Below are positions 1 to 14,425 of a stretch of 64,000 bases of DNA, piece after piece. Position 1 is the first letter of the stretch; every line of letters starts with the position of its first letter. Made by a program: the position numbers and the translations under genes. Origin of the DNA: Auanema rhodensis (taxonomy: Eukaryota > Animalia > Nematoda); assembly GCA_964057225.1 (NCBI GenBank), contig OZ059894.1, positions 13,578,001-13,642,000 of the forward strand, given 5' to 3'. Below the pieces are notes generated by a model. That model saw only the letters and a list, made by a program, of their open reading frames with translations, was not told the DNA's origin and searched no databases.

Positions 1-1767
1 TGTTAGAACACAGCAAAACGATAGCCAAAGAAGAAATGCATCAAAGCCGACAGCAGCTCTTCTCTGAGAGTAAACTCAAAGAATCGAATGAGCTATTTCC
101 GTCTAAGACGTAATTCGGTTCTCTGATTAATCATAGGAAATAAGATGAAAAATGAATTAATACATTCAGGATATCAGGTATTCTATACCAATGACATGAA
201 CAACTTCCAGTCTTTCAAACAAACATTTAGCTTATATTTAAGTTATATTTATGTTTCTTTTCTTTATTTTTATTATTATTTTAATAAATGTTCACAAGAA
301 AAAAATATGAATTTACATATTTCACACCAAAAACTGCTTCATACGGAGTCAATATGTGGAAAAAGTAGGATCAAACTGACAACTTGGTAAATAACATGTA
401 GCATTGGAGAAAAAAAGTCAAGATTTTTAAGAAGAGATTTGAACGTTTTTTTTTCATTTGCAGCATAAATAATCATATGTTTTAAGCTGTAATGATTTTG
501 TTCAATCTTTAGTCAATTTTTCATAAAAAATAAATGATTTGATGAGAAAAAAAAAAGATTACAATCAAATAGAAAAAAAAACGTTCTAATCTATAGTATA
601 CCATATGATAATAGTATAAAAGTATTATATACATTAAATACTTTATATATATATGTATATATGTATATATTACTATATAGTTATATAGATATATAGAAGA
701 TATATAGAAGATATATACATATGTATTTATATTAAAACTGAAGAAGAGCTTCCCGGATTATACAGCAATATTATACTTATTATATTTCTAAATTGAAAAA
801 ATGTATGATGTAAATAAAAATCATTATCTTTATGTTATTATATCTATATTATTATATCAATTATTTTTATAATTATTACTATATTCATAATATTATATTT
901 TAAATTTTGAATAAATTGTTAGGTTGATGTAAAGAAAATTATACAGAAGATATTGAATTGAGATAGATCATATAAATGAAACACATAATTCAAAGTTCAA
1001 AAAAACTGTTAAGTCACAGTTTATTTTAGAAAAAAAAACATTTGTTGAACCCAAAAAAGGTCAGCTGCTGGACAAGCATATTATGAAAACGTGATGACGT
1101 CAGCATTATTCTTTAATCCAAAAGCTTTCAAAAATCCGTTTTTATCATGTTCAGAGATTTTAGATTGAATAAAGGCGCGAAATTCAAAATCAATTATGTT
1201 CTTGTTCTGTTAGTGACATCTTGAACGGAACCTTTTGAAGATAGGAAGAGGAAAGACCACCACGATTAAGTTATGCTGTCGATGTCATTCTGTGGTTTTC
1301 GTCGTCATCTGATGAACGATGTTGCCAACTAAAGAAATATTCCAAAAAAGAAACAGAAATATGACATATAGCACAATCAGTTGCATTAGAAAAGTTTCAA
1401 GTTTTATTGAATAAATTTATATCAAAAGTATGATAGAGAATATCTTTGTTATAAATTTTTTTTTAATTTTGTGGTGAATTGGCATTGAATTCATGAAATA
1501 TTTCAGTTTTAATAGTTTAATGAAGATGAGAAAGGAGCTAATTATCGAAGATGATGAAGATTAAGCTTAAAAGTGCTTATTATGGAAAATTATTAAATGA
1601 ACTTGATGGCTTATTGACAAAAATTGCTCTGCAACATTGTAGCATTACGTCTTCATCTCATCTCTCAAGGGTGCTGTCATCAACCTTCCTCATCGCCATC
1701 ATCATCATCATCATCATAATCAACTGCTTCAGCAGAAGCAGCATCGTTGACCTTATGGTTGTTGAAG
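1..1767 (-). other. Possible scattered exons of a minus-strand gene running off the left edge of the window
   Basis: Exon-like segments with AG/GT borders: ~1767-1685 (FNNHKVNDAASAEAVDYDDDDDDGDEE) and ~63-1 (RRAAVGFDAFLLWLSFCCVLT). No family recognised and no full model could be built. Confidence 0.2.
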
Positions 1768-4455
1768 CTAATAAGCTTAGAGTGTTCATTTATTCATTTC
1801 ATATGTTTTTTCTTCAAAATTTTCTCACATCTATGTTAATAAGGCATTAACTAACTATGATTAAAACAACAATATCCGATATTCTGACTAATTTGTATTT
1901 TAATGTTTTTTAATTAAAAAATACTTTAAAAAATTAGAATATTAATTAGATATATTAAATTATAAATGATTGATTTATAAGAAAAAAATAAGAAAAATGA
2001 AATATTTACAATAAAAAAAGATAGAAATATACGATATACATGTATAGAATGATATCTTATGACAATCTAAATCATGTGTTTGGTATATGGATGTGTGTGA
2101 GTTTGAATGTGTGAGTTCAACTGTTTCAATGGCAGTACTTTGATGAAAAATTAAAGGAAATGTGAGATGTGAATCTGGAGAATGATTTGAAAATTACAAT
2201 TTTTGGATATACAATTGCACATTTGCGTAGGATATCTTGTGCAATTGATGACGTATAGCTAGAAGGATACTGGAACAATCCGTTAACTTTTCTAAAAAGT
2301 TTGAAAAGAAAGTTAAAGACAAAAATAAAAAGATATATGAAAGCATCTGGAATATGTAGTATACTGTGAAGAAAATGATTTTATGATTTCATAGACATCA
2401 AATAAAAATAAATTATATAGTGAACAACTAAATTTAATGTAATAAATTAAGTTTTTCTATTACAAATATTATAATAGTTTGAATTGGAATTATAATAAAT
2501 ATAAATTAATATGTTAAATATAAGTGTTGAATGTATAAAGAAGATGGAATTTTTGAAGAAAAAATAATAATATTATATGTATATAGTAAGTAATAAATAT
2601 AAAATATGCATGTATTTATTATAAAAAACAAATAAAATATATAAAAAATATTTTAAATCATAAAATTAACTATTTATTTATTAATTTTTCCTTATATTTA
2701 AAATGATTTAAACAATAAATTTTTATATTAAACTTACCAAGCAACTAAAAAATATTTTTTTTAAACAAAATCAAAAATTGTTGTATTCTAGAGTTCTACA
2801 TTTGCATAACTGATTGTGAAAGCTTTAGAGAATCTAAGAGATTCAGATAGTTTGAAGAAGTTAAAGAAGAAGCAATAGAAGAAGAATGGATAAACGTTAG
2901 AGAAGCAGTTAGTTGAATATACAGAAAACTGAAGAGAAGCTTAACATTATCCATATACATATGTATATTCTTCTATCGCATTTTGAATAAGAATTGCTAC
3001 TACTTGGGATAATTTGAATTATTAACTGTGAAAAGAATGATAAAAAGAAAAATCAAATCTTTTATGAAAGAATGATTAATAATGGGAAAAATGGTAAAAC
3101 GCTTAAATATTTAAAATAAAAAATTTAAAATAAAGAGATAAACATGAGAAAAATTATGGGAAAATGAGCATAAGGCATGATAAATAAATAATTTAATATA
3201 TTCAAAGAAAATATGTAAATGTTGTTCATAAAAAAATTAGAACATGAATAAGATATTATTTGAAGATACAAAGATTGGGCTACTGCTGTGGTTGCTGCGG
3301 CTGCTGCTTGCTGCTTGATGTTATTTCTTATTCACTCAAGTTTGCAAAAACTAGGAGCCTTTCTTCTACATGGCTTCTGTTATCCATGATATTTCATTAC
3401 AAATTATGAATAACTTATACAGAAAAACGAAATCTTTTTTGAATTTAAGAATGTTAGATACAAACTTAAATGATTAAGTCTTTCATACATTGATAGATAG
3501 ATGTTGAAAGCTCAGATTCAAGTTTGAACTTCAAACTCTCGGTGCTTAGATTCTGAATGGATGGATGTATGGATGAGAAAATAGATGAGACGACTCGATA
3601 CAATTGTCGAAGAAGAACTTTGACTTCAATTTAAGCATTGAAAGACAGGAATATAAATATGTATACATATAAGTCTCTTTATATACATATGTGCATATAT
3701 GAAGAGACTGAATTTAGAGAGAAAGCGAGAGAAATATCGAAGTAATAGTTCAAATTAAATTTAATCAGAAAAGTTTAATATAAGCAAACTTAAAGCGCTA
3801 CTTAAGTTTTTCTATTTATAACATATAAACTAAACGAAATATTTATAACGATGATAATGTTCGTAGCTAGTTGTTATTACTTTTCTGAACTTTATGCAAA
3901 ACCAAGGTTGTTGAGCTTTCAAATTGCTTTTCCTTATGTGATAACACAGTCCTGAAAATTCAAATCAAAGCAAATAAAGTGCTTTTTGACGAATTTCTAA
4001 ACCTTCAAATCATAGTAATTTCATTTTATCCCTTCCTTCTCTCTTCCTTTAATTCGTGCGAGTTGAACACTTAAATTGAAGATAACATAATCATGTCATT
4101 CAGTCAACTTGTTTGTAATAAAAAAATGGATCTGCCTTTTTATTGGAAAAGCTTTCTTTTCAAAGATATAACATTGATTTCAATATACTGAGAGTTTCTA
4201 CAAATCAAGAAACATTTGCTGCATGTTAATATCCGGTCATAAGAAGGTATGAATATCATTGAACTGGAACGATTTAAGTTAAAGTTCACGAGCCAAAATG
4301 AAATCATTGAAACTTCATTTTAAACTTTAAATTTCAATATAGACTAACTATTTTATAATATATATATATGTACATACTTATATCAAATATATTTTAATTA
4401 TAAACTTTTATTCTTCTAAGTTTAATATGTATATTAACTATATCTTAGATTTGCT

Positions 4456-7400
4456 ATGAGCCAATCATTCAGTTTAAAAACGCAATTAAAATCTTCGTTT
4501 GTTAATTATTTACAAAATCTTTGTCATGGCAACAGAATTGATATACAACTTCTCAAGGTATTTTCATTCTGTTATCAGCTTTCAAAAAAAATCTTAAGAC
4601 ACATGGCCATGAAAGAGAATCTTTGGAAATGTTTTTTGGTGGTTTTCCTGTATTAGTCGGATTAAAGTATTTTTCAAATCTAAGCACCTTACGGCTTTTT
4701 GGACAACAAATATCTTGTTTGAAGCCGCTGGCTGAAATATGTGGATCGTTGATTGAACTTTGGATATGTGAAGGACAATTGAAAGTGAGTAAAAAGAAAT
4801 TTATAAAGCAAATACATATATAGTTATAAATAAGTTATTTATAGGCTTTGAGCGGTATAGGATGTTGCAAAAATTTGAAAAAATTGTATTTATATCAAAA
4901 TCAAATTGAAAATGCAAATGAAATCTCAGAATTGGAAAATTTGGAATTACTATATATACAACATAATCAATTAAATAATTTAAAAGTAAACTCTGATTTA
5001 TATTATTTATAATATTAGTTTTTTTAGTTTTTGGAAAAGTTAACTAACTTGCATAACTTGAATTTAGGATCAAATGATATATCCGAAAAAGGTCAATTAA
5101 TGAATTTACTTAATGAAGTTAAGTTTAACATTTATAGAATTAGGAACGATAAACAATTGGCCAATCTCTCTTCGTTTCATCAATTTATCTGGAAATAGGT
5201 TTAATAGCTTTCAGGTTATTAAATAAGTTGAAGAAGAAAGTTGTTTCAAGTTGAAATATATTTCAGAATCTATTTCCATTATCTGCTTGTACATCAATAT
5301 GTAATATATCATTTAATGGACCATATGATAATCATTCAAATATAACATATAATAATGAAATATATGGATGGTTATCGTATCATTTTCGATTTTTAGAAAC
5401 TTTAGATGAAGATGAAATACTAGATGCTTTCTTTATTACGTATGCTGTTAGCAAATTTACTTTCAAAGAAACGTTTAACAAGCAATCTTTACAGACAAAA
5501 GCTCATATACAAGTAGCTGTTACTTTAGCAAAAATAGCTAAAATTGAAGAAATCTTCTATAAAGATATCAATGTATGTTCATTTATTTTTTATTTTTGAA
5601 AAAAAAAACTTTATTATTTGAACTATAGATGGCTGAAAAATTTGGTGTTAGGGCAGCAAATAAGTTGAGCAAAATATGTGAAGCATTAAATAAAGTTACA
5701 CAAACTATTTCAATGAAAGATGGTTAGATTTATATGAAAATTAGAAAAAAAATTTGAGAAGACCAATTTCAGTAAAACGGGATGTCTTGAACCACGTATC
5801 TGATATGTTTCGTACAAGTTTGAGTATAATCAAAAAGATAAAACGTATGATAATTAATTTATAAATTTAATTTCTTGTTTTACAGAAAATTACAAAAGAA
5901 TTTTAAAATTTCAATTCCAAATTTATCGATATCGATTATCAATAAATGTTGAATCAGCACATTCAAATCTAATACATGAAGCAACAGATGAAGATATAGA
6001 TTTGATCAAACATTTCTTGAATTTTCATTGTTCTGCTAAACAACAATATGAAGTATGAACAGTAGAAATAAACAATTGAATACTAAATTCATTTTTCAGA
6101 TAATAGTTCGAGCATGTTTATTAAGAAAAACATTAGTGAAAGGTGATAGCATGAAGTTTTCTTTATTAGAAAAGTAAAAAAACCATAACTTATGTATATA
6201 TCCAGTTATATTTCTATATTTAGATCAACGGAAAATCGAATGTTTTCTGATCATGAAGCTTGCTATTTCTTCGATCATTTTCATAAAATTCCAAGAACAG
6301 AAGCAAGACTATTTCTAGATTTTGATATGATATTCAAGGAAGCTGCTGAAAACGTGAGAATATGTCTCATCTTTGTTTCATTATTAAGAAGCATCTATTT
6401 TAGGAATCATGCTTTACATTTCCAATTGTCCAATCGAAACAACCAAGAAATTATAATAAGAATGATCCCACAACGATAAAACGTCTGAAAATAATTTAAT
6501 GTGGAAAATGATGTAATTTGGTTTAGAAACGGGATTAATAGATTGGCATGAATTGGAGCTTGTAGCTGTTGTTATGGTAGAAGTTGTGAAACAACGTGAA
6601 CTTAACACAGATCATATTAAGTACATCTTCTTATTTATTCAAATTTTTCAGAATTAATATTTAGATCGAAAGAAAAATTTGATGAAGCATTAGATATTGA
6701 AATTAAAAAATTGAAGGATCTTCATATAACTCTCGATTTAAAAGTTGAATTATGATGCTTCTTACATGTAATTGTATTTTCAATTTTCAGGAAGATACAA
6801 GTACAACAACTAAAAGTATTTCTAATCCAAAATATAATGATGATTCAACAGAAGTAAAAACAACGTAAAAAGGAATTTTATAAAGAAAATATTACTAATT
6901 ATATGTATTTATAGTCAATTAATAACAGTTAAAGATATAGCAAATATTGAGACATTAAGAAATCGTTGGTCTGATTTCTGTAGAATCAATAGTCGATTAA
7001 CATTAAGAAATCCTCTAGAAATAGCTTTAGCTTATAATATACCGGAAGTATCTTATACAGATTTTTATGTAAATAACAGTAAGATTTCTTCAATTTTTTA
7101 AAAAGCTTTAGATGAATATCACATCATTGGATTTATCAAATCTTCGTTTGAATAAGTTGGCTGGCATAGAATTAATTCCAAATTTAATAAATTTGAGTTT
7201 GAAGGTAATAATTTGACAATATTTTGAAGAAATATTACATATTTTCTTTTAGAATAATCGTTTAATATCAGTTAAAAAGTTGAAAGAGTTAGACAAATTA
7301 CTTTTTCTTGATATATCTTGCAATAAAATAGTGAAAACAGATCATTTGCCATCAAATATAAATCATTTAATATTATCAGAAAATCATATAACTTCATTAC

Positions 7401-9418
7401 AATTTTGTAATAATTTAAAGGTATTAATATATATTTTTTTTAAATTTAATTAATAATATTATTATTATTTAGAATTTAATTATATTAGATATAAGTAGAA
7501 ATGAAATTAAATCATTGAAAGGATTAGAACAATGTTCAAATCTTCAGACTCTTATAGCTCATACAAATCAATTAAAAGATAAAGTTGATATTGAGAATAT
7601 AAAGGTTAACTATATGTATTATTAAATATAATTATTTTTATTTAGAATTGTTCAAAACTATCTTATATTGATTTATATAACAATAAATTAACATCATCTG
7701 ATGGATATAGATCTAAAATGCTACTTCATTTTCCTCAACTTGCAGCTCTAGATCGGGAAATAGTAAAGAGAAACTTCAACAATTTATATTTTTAATTTTA
7801 ATTTTATAGATTCCTGTTGAAGATCGTATTGTATCATTTAATAAAACAGGAAGAGGACTATCTATTGAAGTTATTCATAAAAAGTTTATATTTCTTTTAG
7901 AAAAATTTTAAATTAAAAAAATTTTCTTATAGTTATCCAAATTTGGACAATATAACATCTATATCTCTTAGTGGAAATAATTTAGAAATATTTGTATTGG
8001 ATGAATCATGTTTAAATAAGTAATTTTCGTTTATTTATTTTTTTCTTATTTTTTTTCAGAATCATGCATATAACTGAACTTGATTTATCAAATAATCAGT
8101 TTGAAAATGTTAAGAAACTTGGAGTTTTACAACATTTAAAGAAATTAAATGTTTCACAGAATCACATACGCTTACTGTGGTCACAGTCAAAACCTGATGA
8201 ACTGGATGATTTCATTGTTAGCTTTTTACAATTTTTTTTTAAATAAACAGAAATTATAATACTTTAGCCATTTAAATCATTAGAACATCTCAATTTGTGT
8301 GGAAATGAGATAAGTAATGGTATAATGAGTCTTATTGGTTTGCAATATCTACAGAAATTAAAAACATTAAACTTAAATGATAATGTTTTAACAACGTATG
8401 TTACGTATTTTTTTAAAAAAATTTATTTTCTTAATTCAGATTAGATTCCATGCTATTTGATTTACCATGTTTGGAAAAATTGACCTTACAAAGAAACTTA
8501 ATTCGTCTCATTAAGCGTAAATGCTTGAACCAACTTGTTGAAATAGATTTAAGTTTTAATCGTTTAAAAGATTTAAATGGTTTAACAACTCCAAACTTGG
8601 AAGATCTTAATGTTTCCCAAAATTGGTTTGAATATCAAATGAATTTCAATATTTGTAAAATATTTTTAGTATAACTACTTGTGCTGCATTGAAACCAATA
8701 GCTGAAATGAATGGGCTAAAACGATTTGATTGTACAGGGAATCCTGTTGCATCACATCGAGTTTATATAGAATTTATTAGATCAAAGGCTAGTTCATATA
8801 AAACGTTATCAAATACTAAAATATCAATAATTGATGAATAATTCTTCTTTAATTGTTTTACAAAAATCAAAAATGTTTAATATTGACTATTAAAGATTTC
8901 AACAGTTAATAATGTTTTGATCAAACTAAATTCAAAGATCAAAATGTTATATTTTGAAGAAAACTATATTTTTATTTTTCAAGATAGATAAATCATATAT
9001 ACTTCTAGGCTCCTCATATTGAAATATTAGATACAAAGTCTATAGTTGATGTTCCAACACCAATTATCAAACGAAGAGCTTCTATGGTTCAATTAGAATT
9101 GGAAAAGTTTTTACGACTTTTTTTTTTGTTTAAAAAACTTTGTAACTTTCAGCAAAGAAAAAAGAGATCTAAGTAGTTCTCCAATTTCTTTCTCGGAGTG
9201 GGAAGAAACACTTGTAGTACCTGTTCCCCAGGTAACTAGAGATAATATGATAAATAAAAACAAATTTGTACAGAAATGTGATTTTTCAAAGCCAAAACCA
9301 TCTCCAAATCTTCTTTTTGTAAATGGAATTAAGTGAGTTGTTCATTAAAGTTGAAGTTGTATGAAGAATATTTAATTACAGAATGACTAAACATAGGAAA
9401 TCATATAGAACTGAATAA
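4456..9418 (+). CDS. LRRC9: Leucine-rich repeat protein, LRRC9-like (multi-exon, roughly 25-30 short introns, estimated ~1100 aa)
   Basis: ATG 4456 follows TCTTAG. Exon 1 (4456-4557) splices to 4599, giving LCHGNRIDIQLLK-THGHERESLEMFFGGFPVLVGLKYFSNLSTLRLFGQQISCLKPL...LIELWICEGQL...GCCKNLKKLYLYQNQI. This resembles the LRRC9 N-terminus as I recall it (LEMFF-G-P-VGL--F-NL--L...L-ELWI-E...C-NL-KLYLY-N-I). Many SDS22-type LRRs follow (LxxLDLSNNQF, LxxLNVSQN). Stop TAA 9416-9418, then AATAAA at ~9449. Not every internal junction was checked. Confidence 0.8.
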
Positions 9419-9524
9419 CCTTTGTTTTTATTTGTAATTATTTTATTGAATAAATTATATTTATATATCAACAATTAATACAAATATAATAAACATACTA
9501 AGAATAATAGTGAAAGCAAAAGAG

Positions 9525-9528
<4 letters not shown>

Positions 9529-9567
<39 letters not shown>

Positions 9568-9570
9568 AGA
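9529..9570. repeat. (AG)n microsatellite with poly-G
   Basis: Directly visible AG dinucleotide run followed by a G run. Confidence 0.95.
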
Positions 9571-10188
9571 AGAGAGAAAGAGATAGATGATGATAAATAT
9601 TTCGAAACAGGAAGTGTTTGGTACATTTTAAACAATTCACAATTCAAGAGATCAGCCTCAACCTTTGTAGACTTTTTCAACTATTTATTGAACTCGATTA
9701 TTGTAGTCTCTTAGACTTTCAATTGTTTCAATATTTTACCACAAAAGACCACCTCGTGGTTGCCCTACCAAACCTCCCACCCCACTCTCTATTTCTCTCG
9801 CAGCATAGCAGTGTTCATCTCTTCTAGTCTTATTGATTTTCTTGTCTGTGTTACATAGCTTTTGCATTTGAATTTTAGTTCTTCAAACTTCGAAAGTTTA
9901 ATAAAGTTATTTATTATTTTATTATTAATATATATATAAATATTTATTTATAATTTATGATTAATATGAATATGTTTTTATTTACAAACAAATGTTTGTT
10001 TCTACTGGTTTCTTTTTTCTTTTACAACTAGTTTGAATGCTTTTCATCATTAATAATTCTTTACTATTTGTTTTCTTTTTCGTATACATACAAATCTTTA
10101 TCCTTAAATCATTATATGTTCTCATTTTTAATTTCTTTTCATCACGTAGATATCTAATAAAATTCTCTTTATCACGTTCTACCGACCT

Positions 10189-10192
<4 letters not shown>

Positions 10193-10226
<34 letters not shown>
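10193..10226. repeat. (CT)n microsatellite
   Basis: Directly visible. Confidence 0.95.
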
Positions 10227-10229
<3 letters not shown>

Positions 10230-10572
10230 GCTCTGTAACTACTAACAATGCTGTAATCAATTTCTACTTCTTTAAATTGAAATCTTTTAGAATCTATATC
10301 TCCGTAATAGTAAGAAATACAATTTTAGATCGTAAAACTTTAATCTTTTTCCCAAACAATTTTCAAATTTGCTAATTTCCGTTGACATTGCAAACTTACT
10401 CATCGTCTTATTTTCTTGTACTTTTCTTTTAATCTTTTTTTTAATTTTATACTTTTATCCCATCTATCCTAAGAATATTAAGTTTTTAGCTATCGCGTAT
10501 ATTGTTGAATTTATCGATTGTTCCCTATCTTTGCTTGTTTTGTCCTAGCTCGGTGTATGTCTCTTCATCTTA

Positions 10573-10606
10573 CTCTCTCCCTCTCTCTTTCCCTCTCTCT
10601 TTCTTC

Positions 10607-10664
<58 letters not shown>

Positions 10665-10690
10665 CTCTCTCTCTTTCTCTCTCTCTCATT
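10573..10690. repeat. Imperfect (CT)n microsatellite / pyrimidine tract
   Basis: Directly visible; source of several spurious SL/ER-repeat ORFs. Confidence 0.95.
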
Positions 10691-11251
10691 TTCATCTGTC
10701 ATTTTCTTCTTTTGTAATTCGAGAATCTTTTCTTTTTTTTCTCTTTCAAACTGTACTAGTCTGTACGATGCTGAAGCTTTTTTGTGGATATTGTTCATCT
10801 TGCTCACTTAAGATTTATAGATTTTCAAAGATTTCCATCTTCTACTTTGAACTCTTCTATTTTCTTGAAGATAAGGAATATTACGAGGCACAATCAATCA
10901 AAGTTATTTCAAATTACAATGATTATTTGCCATCTCCACGATTTGTCATCCTTTCTCGCAATTTCGACGTAATTCTTATTCTTTTTTCTTCAATTTAATT
11001 GTAATGATATGGTGATTTCTTTAAGCTTTGGTTTCATCTATCTTTTAGATAAGAGTCCTCATAATTCGATTGATTTTATACACTTACTGTTCACTAAAGC
11101 TATTCTATTATTATTATTATTATTCTATGTTTTCATTTTTTATTTACTAACATATCATCGTAATGTCTAAGTTATGTTCAATTTTCTTCATTATACCAAT
11201 TTTTGATTAAACTCTAAGAATTTATGATTTATCTTATTATAATTATAGGTT

Positions 11252-12316
11252 ATGGCTGCTTCACCAGTTATTCTAACAACAGGAAATGTAAATTCGCTTA
11301 CTGAAGTAATTTCCTTCTAATATTTTGAATAATTGATCTTAAATTTATATTAAGATTGTTACTAAACGTCATAAAAACTCTGCTGAAGAAGTTCAAGCTG
11401 CTCTTAAGCATTATTCCGAAGTTGGAACAAAGTTTGTATCGCAAAAAGGAGTTTATGTTCCAGAGCAAGATGAACCTATCAACTATTCTCCATCTGATAT
11501 GAAAATTACTTTGAAAGTCAGTTTCGCAAGTATTCGTCATAATTTGTGAGTGTTCTTGAAGGTTTTCTTATCTGAGTTTTCCCCAAAGGAAATTCAATCA
11601 GCTGTCAGCAGTTTTTTATCTTTTCACTCGGTAACATCCGTTTCACAGCTCATTGTTTCATTTCCATTTCATATTGCTGAGGTATTTGATATATACTTTA
11701 AGAATTATTCATAATTTCATAATGTGCAGGATTTATCTGATGAAGAATGGTTGAAAAATGTGTTAACCGTGTGGGAAACTATGGAAATCTTAGTTGATGA
11801 TGGTGTTGTTCATACTCTTGGTTTGTTTCAATGCTCGGAAAGTGAATTTTTAAAATTTTTTTATTAGGTGTGGCAGATTTGGATATCGATCGTTTGAAGC
11901 TTTTAACTGAGAATGTAGGCAAATATCGACCAAGTATTAATCATTATTCCATTGACGGGTGTTGTACAGTATGTTGTAGTTTATATCAGAATTGATTAAT
12001 CAGTTATTCATTGATAGGTGGCTAGTGAATTAGCAGAGTTTGCTAAACAGCATGATATTCAACTTCTTACTCATAATGACTGTCGTTCACTCAGCTTCCC
12101 AGCCACGTTAAAATCTACTGTGCAAAACATGGTTGGCCATAATCTTGAGTCTCATCAAGATGGTTGGGCATCAAGGTCAGTTGATTAGTTCAAGTTTTAC
12201 TAATTGTTTCCTTTCAAAGTTTCAAAATATATAATAATACTTTTAGATATACTATCTGGGTACGTAGTAGAAGTGTGCTTGCGGAGAAAGGCTTTTTCGT
12301 TCAATTTAAGTTGTAA
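11252..12316 (+). CDS. GCLM: Glutamate-cysteine ligase regulatory (modifier) subunit, aldo-keto reductase fold
   Basis: Spliced translation MAASPVILTTGN...KRHKNSAEEVQAALK...MKITLK-VFLSEF...VWETMEILVDDGVVHTLG-VADLDIDRLKLL...PSINHYSIDGCCT-VASELAEFAKQHDIQLLTHND...WASR-YTIWVRSRSVLAEKGFFVQFKL*. The TGN, LKVFL, DIQLLTHND and RY...RS...KG motifs are typical of GCLM. Confidence 0.9.
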
Positions 12317-13348
12317 AATAAGTATCTATTTTCCAATTTCTAGACGTATAAAGTTAGTATAAGGACTCATAATTATCAGGAATTCTTATTATCAGAATTT
12401 TTCGAAAGAGAATCCACATTACTCGTGTCCTCTATCACCTATCCAAATATTTATCCATTCACTCCAGAATTTACATTCGAGTTCATTATATTTTTCGAAA
12501 GCTATAATATTTTATATTTGAAGGATATGCTTATGTTACTTTTCATGAATTCACATAATTCTTTTGTTTTTGCAATTCAGTGTCTTCATTATGTTGCTGG
12601 TTTCATGTGGAATATAATCATTAGAGAAATCATATTGAATTCTAATATAGCTCTACCTGTTTTTCTTTTATTAAATATATTTTATAATTGTTTAGTTAAT
12701 AAAGTGTTTTTCTTTGTAAATATTTTTTGTTTAAGAATAAAAAAGAACAATATTCAATCAATAATGTAAATAAGTTCAAAGATATCATTTGAATCATCCA
12801 CAGCATGATTCATGATTTAGTGCCCTCTCTCCCAAGAGAACTAGAACTGAATTTATTAAATATTATATTTATGAAATATTAAATATAGATACCGTTTTGT
12901 TAGATAACTTCCATTTTCCGTTCTTATCGGTTTTATGTTATAACCCCCAAGGCTTCTCCAGCAGAAAATTACCGCTAAAATGATAAAAAGATTGCGGTGC
13001 ATAAGAACGATATCTATTGCGAGCAAGAACCATTAGAAAGTGAGTCATTTAAATTTTTATAAACGTGGTATATAAATTATAACTATTCTTAAACATGCTG
13101 AATGCTCTTCTTCTTTTCTACCCACTGTGGAATTCATAATTTTTCGAAATTGACTGTTCTCTTCTATATAAGCTATTTTATTTGTTCACAGTCAGTTTTA
13201 CTCAAATTGCTTAACTTATATCTTATATCTTTATTATTTATAATATATTGTTCAACTTAAATCCCTTTTATCCAGATTGTTTAAACTTGAACCCAATTGT
13301 TCAAATTGATTGCTCGTGTATAACAGTATCTGCTCACTGTAAAAACCA

Positions 13349-14425
13349 ATGGCGACTCCGTCCGCCCCTTCTGATGTTGAAGCTGCACCACAAATAGTAT
13401 TAGCTACGGAAGGCGATGCATTATTTCCGAAATCTTACCCTTTGGAGTTCGGGTTCGATTCCTGAAATTGATATTGCAAGACTAACTTTTTCACTTTTTT
13501 CAGAGACCTTTCTATTCGTAGAGGATTTATCAAAAAAGTTTTTGGTATTGTTAGTGCGATGGTAAGATTTCTTTAATTTTTTTTTTGAAAATAATAAAAT
13601 AATATTTCAGCTTCTCGTTGTTACAGTTTTTTGCTTACTTCCATTTTTTTTTCTCGACCTTCCAGATTTTTTCGCTAGTTCAGCTGGTACGATAACTGCC
13701 ATAGTTTTAATGTAAAGTTTTTTCTTAAATTTCAAAAATATTTGGAATATTTTTTTTAGTTCTTTATATGCGGCTTTGACTATTATTTTCATATGCATGC
13801 CAAGATTAAGACGTTCATATCCAGCTAATATTATCTGTTTGATAATTTATGTAAGTTATTTCCTATTCAGAAAAAGGTAAATTTAAACAAAAAAAAATAT
13901 ATTTCAGACATTCACAGTCGCATTCATGATGTCATATGTAACTGTTTGTTATACATTACCAGAAGTTTTCATGGCTATGTCTATAACAGCAGTATCATGT
14001 ATAGCTATTGCAATATTCGCAATGACAACTAATAAAGATTTAACAAGGTATATTCATTATTTTTTAATATTTTTATTTTTGTTTTGTTTTAGTATGATTG
14101 GTTTAGCATTTATATTGATACTTGGTCTCATATTTTTTGGAATTTATGCTATTATACTAACAGCTATATTAGATATGACTATCATGTATTCAGTATATTC
14201 AGGTTTAGCAGCCTTACTATTTATGTTTTTCTTAGCCATTGATATACAGGTAATATTATAATTATATTTAATTATAAATATAATTATTTCTTTTTTTTTC
14301 AGCTTATTATGGGTGATAAATCATACTCTATACATCCAGACGAATATATCTTTGCTTCATTACAAATTTTCCTTGATGTTATTAATATCTTTTTGCGTAT
14401 TCTTGGAATATCGGGAGGAAGATAG
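13349..14425 (+). CDS. Lifeguard / TMBIM (Bax inhibitor-1 superfamily) multi-pass membrane protein
   Basis: MATPSAPSDVEA...FG-DLSIRRGFIKKVFGIV...LRRSYPANIICL...TTNKDLT...YSGLAALLFMFFLAIDIQ-LIMGDKSYSIHPDEYIFASLQIFLDVINIFLRIL: the characteristic IRxGFIxKV, DxQ and P(D/E)EYIFA-LQ-FLD motifs. Confidence 0.9.

Noticed and set aside
9498-10811. SLSLSL/ERERER ORFs (also at ~21.8-22.2, 35.4-35.8 and 43.9 kb)
   Set aside because: Translations of (CT)n/(AG)n microsatellites.
10942-10949. SKN-1-type site TTTGTCAT upstream of GCLM
   Set aside because: Biologically plausible, but such a short AT-rich motif is expected often by chance here.
9418-13349. Operon of the co-oriented LRRC9-like, GCLM and Lifeguard genes
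   Set aside because: Intergenic gaps of ~1.0-1.8 kb are much longer than the typical ~100-nt SL2 operon spacing.
13449-13465. tRNA T-arm / B-box look-alike TCGGGTTCGATTCCTGA
   Set aside because: It straddles the exon 1/intron 1 junction of the Lifeguard gene, and no credible D-arm or anticodon arm can be folded.
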